Of a stretch of DNA of 64,000 bases, positions 55,369 to 64,000 are shown one piece after another. A model generated the notes under the pieces. That model ran no database searches and was not told where the DNA came from. It worked only from the letters and a program-made list of their open reading frames with translations. How positions within the stretch are numbered: position 1 is the stretch's first letter; every line of letters begins with the position of its first letter. The position numbers and the translations under genes were made by a program. Where the stretch lies: contig CBFFSA010000001.1 of the NCBI GenBank assembly GCA_965644495.1, positions 2,914,001-2,978,000 on the forward strand. The letters run 5' to 3'. Origin of the DNA: Perkinsela sp. CCAP 1560/9. Taxonomy: Eukaryota; Protista; Euglenozoa: Kinetoplastea.

Positions 55369-57576
55369 TCATCTCTTTTTAGATTTCCGCCTTCGCTTTT
55401 TTCCTTGCATGGTACAAGGCGTCGTATCGATGTGATCCATGTCCTCCTCACTAAGGCAAGCACCTGGGCTTCGCTCTGCACAAAGAGATAAATTTTGACT
55501 TCCTCGAAGCAAACGAAGCTTCTTTCTTTCACGATGCGAGGGTGCATCAACAAAAACATCCTCTCCTGTACGACGTCGGTATTCCTCCTCCGTGATCTTT
55601 TTCCCCTTTAATTTACGTAACAAGGCTCCCTCGTGAAAGATCTCGCTTACTTCAATTTGCTTCCAGATCTGCTTCTTTTTATGTTTGGATAAGTCGGTAG
55701 ATTTCTTTAAAACTTCACGACGCTCGTTTCGTTCGCTTCTTTTAATATCCAGCTTCTTCTTTCGCGCCTCAAGTTTCTGTATTCTCTTTTCTTCCTCCAC
55801 GGGGTCTGCACACGACACACCGTGGATATCAATTCCTGAAAATTCATCCGGTAAGCCGATTTGGATTCGAGACATCATTCGTGTCTCGCTAAGATTTGGG
55901 ACCTGAAAAAGGCCATAACCATTCGTGAGATCGGCAATGTTAAGACTTTCAAAACGGAAGATGTACCGACAATGGTGCTCCTTGTAGCCACGCACGAAAC
56001 ACGCAAACGCACGGGTCGCAAGATTCATAATCGTACGATCCGAGAGGTACGCTCTTCGAATGATGTTCACCGTCTCCACATTATAACAACTTGAGGAAAC
56101 CGTTGGGGAACTGCCCTGTTCTGTACTCTTTTTTCTTGCACGATTTCGATCACCCTTCTTCATTACCGCTGACCCTAACAGAAATCTCGGATCCGGTTTA
56201 GTCTCATTCTCGGTTTCCACACCTTTAAGAATCTCCATCGCGTCCAAGGTAATCCCCTGCAGCTGTAAATACGGAAGATATTCCAATTCTGTGGGATCAA
56301 GAAAAGTAATGGACTGTCCTGCCCTTCCCATTCGTGCGGTTCGCCCGATGCGATGCACAAACGAGCGAGGATTCGTCGGGGCATCCAACTGCACCACCGC
56401 ATCCACAAACGGGATATCTAACCCTCGAGCAGCCACATCGGTGCAGATCAGTACCCCCTGGGACGCGTTCATGAACCCCTCCCGTGCTTTTACCCGTTTC
56501 GAGGTCGGCAGCTGGCCATGCAGCGCAAACAGCGTAGCGTCGGGGAGAAGCACATGGAGCGCCGCAAACAACCAATCCACACTGGCACAGGTTAACACAT
56601 AGATTAAAATTTTATGGGTCTGGTATCGAGCATGAGAGTCATCTGATGATGATGAAGAGCAGGAAGAACACACAGAAGAGCTCATCCTATCGTCTTCTGT
56701 CTTCTCCATCAGCTTCTTGTTTTTATTACTCAGAAAACACACAACCGCCTCGAGTCTTCGATGGTAGCGCATTACACTGTAGTGGAGTTTTAACTGTGGG
56801 GGGAGTTGGGAACACAGCGTGCCATGAGGAGGGGAGGGGGCCGTAGCGCTTGTTGTGTCCCGCACGTCAATGGTCAGAGGACGTCGTAGCCCACAGCGCG
56901 AGAGCTCAGTGAGTTCTTTGGATTGGGTGGCACTAAACAGCGCCGTTTGTCGTTGACTGGGGAGTCGCTTTAAAATAATGTTTAGGTGGGTTTGAAATCC
57001 AAGCGCGAGAAGCTGGTCGGCTTCGTCCAGAACACAAAGGGAGAGGTTTTGTACGTGAAGGGTGGGGGAGGAGGAGGTGCAGAGAACCTCAAAGAGTCGT
57101 CCTGGCGTGGCGATGAGAATGTGGCAGCCAAACTTTTGGTAGTGCTGCAAGTCATGCGTGAGGTCGTACCCTCCCATCATGCGCATGGTTCGAACGTCGC
57201 TTCCCAGAGCTTCGTTGATCCAATTGCGATAGGTGTGAAACACTTCCACGATTTGAAGACCAAGTTCCCGCGTAGGGATAATGACAATAGAATGAATATC
57301 ATGCGTCGAGTTGTGTGTTTGTTGTTTTTTCATGAGAGACTCAAAAATAGGGACGGCGTACGCCAGTGTTTTCCCACTACCTGTCATTGCCTGGACAACA
57401 ACATCCATTCCGCGAATCATTTGCGGTATAGTACACGCTTGTACAGGGGCCATTTCGGCAAATTGTAGTTTTTCGGTGAGAAATGTTTCAGAAGCCCGCG
57501 AAAGGGAGAGTTCAGACCAAGGACCGGCCATTTCCTGAAGAACGGCGCCAGAAAAAGCCACATGTTCGTCATGCAT
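55369..57576 (-). CDS. SPB4: DEAD-box RNA helicase SPB4/DDX55
   Basis: AMTGSGKTLAY, PTREL, DEAD, SAT, HRIGRTAR, and SPB4-type RAFACFVRGYKEHHCRYIFR. Confidence 0.9.
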   Translation of the reverse strand: MHDEHVAFSGAVLQEMAGPWSELSLSRASETFLTEKLQFAEMAPVQACTIPQMIRGMDVVVQAMTGSGKTLAYAVPIFESLMKKQQTHNSTHDIHSIVIIPTRELGLQIVEVFHTYRNWINEALGSDVRTMRMMGGYDLTHDLQHYQKFGCHILIATPGRLFEVLCTSSSPTLHVQNLSLCVLDEADQLLALGFQTHLNIILKRLPSQRQTALFSATQSKELTELSRCGLRRPLTIDVRDTTSATAPSPPHGTLCSQLPPQLKLHYSVMRYHRRLEAVVCFLSNKNKKLMEKTEDDRMSSSVCSSCSSSSSDDSHARYQTHKILIYVLTCASVDWLFAALHVLLPDATLFALHGQLPTSKRVKAREGFMNASQGVLICTDVAARGLDIPFVDAVVQLDAPTNPRSFVHRIGRTARMGRAGQSITFLDPTELEYLPYLQLQGITLDAMEILKGVETENETKPDPRFLLGSAVMKKGDRNRARKKSTEQGSSPTVSSSCYNVETVNIIRRAYLSDRTIMNLATRAFACFVRGYKEHHCRYIFRFESLNIADLTNGYGLFQVPNLSETRMMSRIQIGLPDEFSGIDIHGVSCADPVEEEKRIQKLEARKKKLDIKRSERNERREVLKKSTDLSKHKKKQIWKQIEVSEIFHEGALLRKLKGKKITEEEYRRRTGEDVFVDAPSHRERKKLRLLRGSQNLSLCAERSPGACLSEEDMDHIDTTPCTMQGKKRRRKSKKR

Positions 57577-58305
57577 CGTTACAGGTATCGCAAAAACCTC
57601 GTGCTTTTAAGCCAAGACTGGAACAGAATCGAAAAACGACATAAAGACAAGAGTAATTCCTTTTACAAGTAGTAAATAAAACGTGGATTATACCTAAATG
57701 TAACTAAATTACAGAATACGTCTTAGAGTAATTTTCTATTTTTAGCGTTTTTCTATGTGAACGCAAAGCCAGAACCTGATTCTTCGAACCACACACGTAA
57801 ACGTCGTAAAAATGGAAACACTATGCTTAATGGAATAATATTACTTAGAAGAAAGGAATACATTTTTTTACAATACAATCTATTTGAACCTTCAAAAATG
57901 GTTCCTACAGTATACCTTTGTGCCGCCATCACTATTAAAAAACGGACATCTGAACTACCGTCACTGCCCAACACATATCCTAGAACAGATAGGTCATCTT
58001 AAATCTGGAAGAGATAAGAAGGAAGAAGGGAAATAGTTAACGCTGATGACCTCGAAGTTTGAGGCGACTTCGAAATCAGCTCCAAGTGTTACAAGAAGTG
58101 CCCCATTTTCAGTCGCAGATGAGCTGGTCGGACCCAATGGAAATGACCTGAACCGACTAAGCACACAAAATAAAGAAGCTCTACAGATAGTGGCGCGATC
58201 CGCTGACTCTCCTGCGTCTTACGACATTTCAATTCACGACCTGTCTCAAGAGAACGTCTTACAACCCAAACACCAGAAGCATGAGCACTATTGTTCGGAT
58301 AATTT

Positions 58306-59534
58306 GGTGAAATTCAAGCAAAATTCGCCCTTTCTGAAAAAAAAGGAAGGTCGTCCCCACTAAAAATAATTGTATCTTTTTTGTATCGTATCATGTATTT
58401 CCAGTTTTTCCTTTATTTTTCAGATTCATTTTTCAGACTCCTCAAATCCAACACATGCCCTGTAAAGGATGCAACGGTTTCGCTTGCCGAGGAAATCTCA
58501 CTTTGAGCAAAGTTTCTGTGTGGAGCGAATCGAAATGCAGGGAGTGGTTAAGAACCCATAAGTTGGTGGCTCAGAAGGTTGCATGTTATAAAAGACATAA
58601 GGCGCCCTGTACTACGCACGTCACTGACGGGAAATGGAGGTGTACTAAAAAATGCAAAGGAATGTACGCCACCTTAGGACCTCTCGTACCTGGAAGGGCA
58701 CAAAGAAGTGCAAAGCAAACATTAAAGTACATAATTTTATACGCTCGTGGTGGACGACATGCGGATTCGGCAGCGGAGACAGAACTTAGTCAGCAGACCA
58801 TTGTGTCTCTAAGGCAATGGATGGATGGCATGATGGCCACAGCTCATGTTCGCCGACGTATCAGGAATCGCGGCAGCGTTGCTTCAATGCAATGCGATGA
58901 GACATTTTTTTCTGTACGGAAACGTCACCGAGGTTCTCATGGTGCAAGACGGATGCGAGATGATGGTACAGAAGTTGCACAGACAATTGTGACTACTCGA
59001 GCGAACAAATTATCTGAAATGTTCATGGAAGTTGTACCTGATCGTAAGGCGAGCACGTTACTTCCTCGAATTGAAGATCTGGCGAGCCGGGGGAGGATAC
59101 GAATTTGGACCGACGGGGCGCGTCACAATATCCGCCTTGGTGGACGCTATAAGTGGAATAGCGTGAACCACCGCCGAGAATGGATAACAGAAGAGGGTGT
59201 CCACACGAATACTGTGGAGTGCGCGAATTCGGTGGCGAAGAAGAGACTTAATCGAGAAGGAAACGTAATAGGAAGGAAAAAGAATAAACGGGCAGATCGT
59301 GTGCAAGCCAATGCTGAAAAATGCAACGGCAGCCTACGGTACAATGGCGGCGATGTAATGCTGCGCATCCTACAGAATCTACAAGATCATTTTCATTGTA
59401 TTCATTTGTAAGTCTTGTCCAAGTATTTAAGTCGAAAACTAGAAGCGAAAAGTGTTGATTTCATGGCACAAAATTTTTGAAAACCGGAAAAAAAACTTTT
59501 TTTAAAAAAAGGCGAATTTTGCTTTAATTTAACC
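58306..59534 (+). mobile_element. complete Merlin DNA transposon (1229 bp)
   Basis: GG-initial imperfect TIRs GGT.AAATT.AAGCAAAATTCGCC; exact 8-bp TSD GATAATTT at 58298-58305 and 59535-59542. Confidence 0.93.
58455..59411 (+). CDS. Merlin/IS1595-family DDE transposase, intact ORF
   Basis: N-terminal Cys/His cluster, CDETFF..RKRHRG, IWTDG, VNH..E....GVHTNTVE. Confidence 0.9.
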   Translation: MPCKGCNGFACRGNLTLSKVSVWSESKCREWLRTHKLVAQKVACYKRHKAPCTTHVTDGKWRCTKKCKGMYATLGPLVPGRAQRSAKQTLKYIILYARGGRHADSAAETELSQQTIVSLRQWMDGMMATAHVRRRIRNRGSVASMQCDETFFSVRKRHRGSHGARRMRDDGTEVAQTIVTTRANKLSEMFMEVVPDRKASTLLPRIEDLASRGRIRIWTDGARHNIRLGGRYKWNSVNHRREWITEEGVHTNTVECANSVAKKRLNREGNVIGRKKNKRADRVQANAEKCNGSLRYNGGDVMLRILQNLQDHFHCIHL

Positions 59535-59990
59535 GATAATTTGCGACGCCAGCTCATCCAATGCATAGAGCACGAAGTGTGCAAGCTATCCGGAAATTCT
59601 GCAGACCCGACCGCTGTGCAAAATTTTTAAGACGGTGCAAGAAAATTAAAACAAATCTTTTTCCAATTTTTATGGATAGCGTTTTTTTTCTTGTGCGGTT
59701 TGCCAAAAAAAGAACCTATAAAGGGAGGGAGGGATCGACGCTATTATGAACAGGGGGGTACAGTATACATGTATATAAAATATACATGTTTATAATATAT
59801 TCAAAATACCTATTAATAATAGGTAGTATATTCGAAATACCTATTATTTCGATCAATAATTGAGATTATGAAACATCATCTGCTGATAAAGTAAAAACCA
59901 CTAACGGAAAGTCGTTCGTCATGCGAATTTACATTCCGACCTCAATCTATCTCGTTACGGAAGGAAGCAATAATTGTAAAAGATACTACA

Positions 59991-61037
59991 TTAATGTTTT
60001 TGCCTACGCAAGGGATTGACAGGTTTTGAAGCGCTGGGTATTGAATCGGATTTTTCACTGGGTTTCGTGTGAAAGAGCATAATTCCCTTGTCCTTCATTG
60101 CGGAGTTTAATAAAGCGTCCTGTAGGGCTTGCGAGGTGAATCCAACATCGGATAATGCCTGAGAAATGTATTGTAAGTGGGAGGGTAGCAGTCTACGCTT
60201 CTTGTGCAGACGCAATGTTTGTCGGTGTAGTTCGGAGGCCAGTGGTCTGTCCCGAAGCGCAGTAGTGCGCAGAGCCATTGCCACATTCAGCAAAACATGG
60301 CTCTTTCGTGGTTTGCTACGTTGAAATTGGGTCGTTATTTTGCGAAAAATATGGCGGATAACATGGGGGTCGATCGAATGAGATTCATAGGACACAACGC
60401 AGCGTAAACTGCTAGCAAGTTCAAACAAGCTCATACGTGAAAACACCTGTAAAAAGCGGCGCTGCGCACGACACACAACTTGTGGGTCTGCGATACCCAT
60501 CTTATGTAAAAATCTAAGGGCGAGAAAGATACCTCGCGAGTCAAAAGTATGTAGTTGTACTCTTAGAAGTTGAAAAAGGCGAACCAAGAGATCTCTGTCC
60601 GCTAGGTCATATCGGGTGCAAACCTCACAAAATTCTGTTGTCGTATAGGAATCTATATCATTCGATGTTAGAACTTGATTGCGAAACGCATCATAATATT
60701 TTTTTAGTCGATTGTTCTGTGCTCTTTCGTACTTGTATCGCATTCCTTGCTTTCTTGTATGCAGCAGTTTTTCGACTAATTCTTTAAGCGTTAATTCGGA
60801 CTCCACACTCTCTTTGGGATTGGGAGACGGAGCTTTCCCCAATGATTCAATTGTGGGCGGATCTGCAGAACTCCCAGAATTCTGAGGAATAGTTGCTACA
60901 GTTGAAGATGGTTCCTTATCTGGCGAAGATTCAAGGATCGAAGTCACGGCAGTACGAAAACACGTAACCCAAAGCGCGTTGCGAAGGAGTTGAACACCTG
61001 TGTGATTCAAGTAGACAGTAGAACAATTTTTGAGCAT
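59991..61037 (-). CDS. hypothetical helical-repeat protein, probably mitochondrial
   Basis: 348-aa ORF; FDSRGIFLAL, MSLFELASSL repeats resembling OPR/FASTK helices. Confidence 0.65.
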   Translation of the reverse strand: MLKNCSTVYLNHTGVQLLRNALWVTCFRTAVTSILESSPDKEPSSTVATIPQNSGSSADPPTIESLGKAPSPNPKESVESELTLKELVEKLLHTRKQGMRYKYERAQNNRLKKYYDAFRNQVLTSNDIDSYTTTEFCEVCTRYDLADRDLLVRLFQLLRVQLHTFDSRGIFLALRFLHKMGIADPQVVCRAQRRFLQVFSRMSLFELASSLRCVVSYESHSIDPHVIRHIFRKITTQFQRSKPRKSHVLLNVAMALRTTALRDRPLASELHRQTLRLHKKRRLLPSHLQYISQALSDVGFTSQALQDALLNSAMKDKGIMLFHTKPSEKSDSIPSASKPVNPLRRQKH

Positions 61038-61464
61038 ATGAAAAAGATCAGATTGGAAATAATGCCTTAATAAGGTCGAAAAATTGAATGGGGTAGGCTC
61101 TTAGTTACTCTAAATAAACTTCTAAACTAAATCCGTATATTCATTGGTTTTGAACCCGAGTTCAAGTACATCCTGTTGATCGCAAAAACAAGCAATAAAT
61201 CTATCTGTATTCTTTCAGTTTTATGAAAGGAACGGAAGAAACTTGTTGGTGTGTATTCATTACAGTAGCAAACCTCAAGATTACTTCCCCAGAAATTTTT
61301 ATGACATTAGTCCTCATAATACGCAAGAAACAATCACCTCGCATAAGTTACATTCCTGCACCAGAAAATATATATTATGTTTCAGACGCAAACGAAAAGA
61401 ATTTCTGTCAATGTTATTTATTTAGCCATATTAGACGGATTAAGTTTCAATACAGTCACCAGTA

Positions 61465-62991
61465 TCAAAATTCGTCGGAGCCTTCCTCACCATCCTCCTC
61501 CTCCTGCCCCGCCTTCTCTGCTACTGCTTCGGCTTCTTCCTTCTCCGCCTCTTCTTTCTGCCGTTGCTCAGCAGCTTCGCGTCGCGCGACAATCTCCTTA
61601 TTCCTTTCCGGGTCGTCGTGACACGTGGCATATTCGCAAGGTATCACAGGAGCAGCCGCGCCAAACATATTGGGAATATCTTCCTCTTCAGGTACCTTAA
61701 AATCTCTCAGCCCATCCGTCTGCAGCATACGACCCGATGTAACAAAATGACGAATTGCGCCACGGCGGAATTTTCCATCAAACCATTTGATTGCCTTCTG
61801 TCCGTCCTTTGTGATCGGTACAAAGAAGGCTAGTGAGGGCACTTTGGGTACTTTAAGGTGTTTGGCAATACCCTGAAGCTCCTCAGCGTCAATTTGGTAA
61901 ATATGCAAACGAACCTCCGCCGCTCGCAGCACCTCTTTCGCTACTGTCTGAAACATCTTTAAGTCGTTTTCGTACTCTGCCACGGCAGAACCAAAGAACG
62001 CGACGGCCACCACACAGTTTGTCGGTTTCACCACCCACTCGTCAAACTGCTCCCAGGTAGAAATCTCTCTTGCGGGGTTTCTCAACACCTCCGCGACTGC
62101 GGCTCGACGTTCCGCATCACTGCTCGGTCGCGGATCCGGCATCTCTGGGAACTCTTCCAGCAGGTTCACCAATTTTCGAAACGCTGTGGCGTCCCCCCAC
62201 TGCTCCTGGGTCAGCGTCGTCAGTATCTCCCCCTCAGCCGAGAGCACCACCACAAACGCATTCTCCTCGACTCCACGAAACAACGACCCCTTCTCCTTCT
62301 CTGCTCCCCCACCCTCGCACCTATAAAACCGTACCTGGGTACGAAACCGTGCCCCCAGCGCCGCCTGTCGCGGGGTCGTCTCATTATGAAAAAACACAAC
62401 CCTTGGACCCTCCGCCTCCTGTATCTCGGTCTCCCCCCTCCCCTCCTTCACCACGTGCCGCAGACACATCTCCGTGGTATCCGCATACCGCGTCGGGGCA
62501 TTCCGGATTAACCACCCCACCAGCCCCTCCACACTGAACCCGTGGGCCAGCGCCTGGGGGTAGGCGATCGGGTAACCATAGACCCCCGCCCCCGCGGGGA
62601 GCCCCACGCGGTCCAGCAAGTGCCCAAACACCACCAGCTCGGGCCACGCGCTCACGCGCGCGAGCTCAGCCACCGCGGCGGCCTCCGGGGAGTCCACGGG
62701 GAGGAACCCGACACGGACTAAACCCTTCGTGGCCTCGGCGACTGCGGTGAGGGCGGGACGGGTCGCGATGACCTCAGGGTCCCAGGGGAGACCGAACTGG
62801 ACGAGCCAGTACTCCCCGTTGGAGAGAGCGTGGGTGAGGGCGGAGGGGGTGAGTTCGGTGATGAGGGAAGAGGGGGAAGAGCTAAGGTCCTCGGAGTCTG
62901 TGGTATGGAGGAGGGGGAGAGGGGAGGGGGAGAGGGGAGGGGTGAGGGGGAGGAGGAGGAGAGTGGTGAGGAGGGTGGGGAGGAGTTGCAT
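61465..62991 (-). CDS. PDI/thioredoxin-fold ER protein lacking CxxC
   Basis: Signal peptide MQLLPTLLTTLLLLPL; ITELTP...YWLVQFGLPWDPE thioredoxin start; second Trx-like domain; acidic tail ending SDEF. Confidence 0.75.
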   Translation of the reverse strand: MQLLPTLLTTLLLLPLTPPLSPSPLPLLHTTDSEDLSSSPSSLITELTPSALTHALSNGEYWLVQFGLPWDPEVIATRPALTAVAEATKGLVRVGFLPVDSPEAAAVAELARVSAWPELVVFGHLLDRVGLPAGAGVYGYPIAYPQALAHGFSVEGLVGWLIRNAPTRYADTTEMCLRHVVKEGRGETEIQEAEGPRVVFFHNETTPRQAALGARFRTQVRFYRCEGGGAEKEKGSLFRGVEENAFVVVLSAEGEILTTLTQEQWGDATAFRKLVNLLEEFPEMPDPRPSSDAERRAAVAEVLRNPAREISTWEQFDEWVVKPTNCVVAVAFFGSAVAEYENDLKMFQTVAKEVLRAAEVRLHIYQIDAEELQGIAKHLKVPKVPSLAFFVPITKDGQKAIKWFDGKFRRGAIRHFVTSGRMLQTDGLRDFKVPEEEDIPNMFGAAAPVIPCEYATCHDDPERNKEIVARREAAEQRQKEEAEKEEAEAVAEKAGQEEEDGEEGSDEF

Positions 62992-63238
62992 GGGGGGGTG
63001 GGTGGAGGTTAGGGGTGTGGAGATAGGGTGAAGAGATAAAGAAGAGGGGGTTTGGTGTGTGTAGGGAGTGGGTAGGGGCACCTAGTGGATAGGATTCTAA
63101 ACTATCATGGGGTATAAATTATATTACGGTGGTTGTATAACTACCGCTCTACCCTTGATTATAGAAAAAAAGTGAACAAACAGTGAAAATATAAGAGTAA
63201 CACAGGAAAGTACTTTTCCAAAATTAACTCCTCCACGT

Positions 63239-63461
63239 ATTTTGAGAGTTTGGAACCTCAGCTACCACTCTACGACGTTTTTTTGTTCAGATTTACTTCC
63301 TACCCGTACTGGTAAGGCATCAAAAACGGTCTAAAGTTTGGCTAAAATTTCGCTTTTTTGACCTACAAATTGGTCTTTTTCACCAAAAAAAATGGGATGA
63401 ATGCATGATCTTTTCGCAATACCTCTTTTTTAGTCGCTTCGTTAAACGCGGAGGTAGTTTT
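63239..63461 (+). repeat. dispersed repeat, copy 2 (copy 1 at 45805-46025)
   Basis: See copy 1. Confidence 0.85.
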
Positions 63462-63630
63462 CAGCGCGAAGCGCGCAGCAGTGGTGCCTTCTAAGTTGAA
63501 CACAACCACCGCATTTAAAGAATCGATTAAAGAAGAATTGAAAAAAAAGTGAACAAAAACAGTGAATTTTCTCAGGATTTATGAATACTTCTCATTCATA
63601 AACAAAAAGGAGTCCTCGAAATTTAAGATA

Positions 63631-63717
63631 TACTATCCCCCTCCTATTTCCATGTACCGCCCCTCTAAAAGGGCATTTTTCCAAAAATCGGTGTCCTGTT
63701 AAATAGGGGGGATAGTA
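63631..63717. mobile_element. 87-bp MITE-like hairpin with TA ends
   Basis: TACTATCCCCCTCCTATTT ... AAATAGGGGGGATAGTA imperfect inverted ends. Confidence 0.6.
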
Positions 63718-64000
63718 ATTAATTTTCTGTCACCTTGCACGAAGAATAGTGACAGACAACTAGGGGGGGTACAGTAATACAGATAGCTTGCGAGAGAATT
63801 GGATTCCGACCCTCAAGCTGGTAGAATGAAGCACAAAATTATTTTGTGATTTTCTATTTTAAATAGAAGCGAGCGGAAGAAAAGTTAACGAATACAAAAA
63901 CGGTACGAAACCAAAGAATGGGGCTACGCTTCAACCCACCTCCAGCACGCGAGTGTCAGTTGAAAATCTTGCCGAGTGGATATCCACATCACATCAATTG

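Noticed and set aside
1-64000. tRNA, rRNA or spliced-leader RNA genes; cis-introns
   Set aside because: No recognisable cloverleaf, rRNA or SL sequence seen by eye; conserved proteins are encoded by single uninterrupted ORFs

Overview
Eukaryotic, gene-dense, intron-free DNA. About 30 housekeeping genes all lie on the minus strand, as in a kinetoplastid polycistronic gene cluster. The compactness and gene content suggest a Perkinsela/prokinetoplastid-like organism, which is an inference. Recognisable products are DMC1, a 2-hydroxyacid dehydrogenase, a small Tim, STE20/SRPK/CRK9-like/STE11 kinases, CacyBP, SBDS, prohibitin, an ATG16-like WD40 protein, a PPR protein, NAA15, PDS5, eIF4E, eL14, SPB4/DDX55 and a PDI-like protein. 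Cut-and-paste DNA transposons interrupt the cluster: (i) a 2.6-kb fold-back Tc1 (DD34E) element with two 1224-bp inverted arms, each carrying the transposase body, while the only start-bearing copy is blocked by a 12-bp insertion; (ii) an intact Merlin element with 8-bp TSD; (iii) a 7-kb graveyard of Tc1/Merlin remnants. Two signals stand out. The fold-back element could act as a Mu-killer-like hairpin RNA source under polycistronic read-through. At least six ~1-kb GC-rich islands flip from C-rich to G-rich on the top strand regardless of gene boundaries and reshape protein sequence. All calls are by eye from the sequence and ORF track; no database searches were run.
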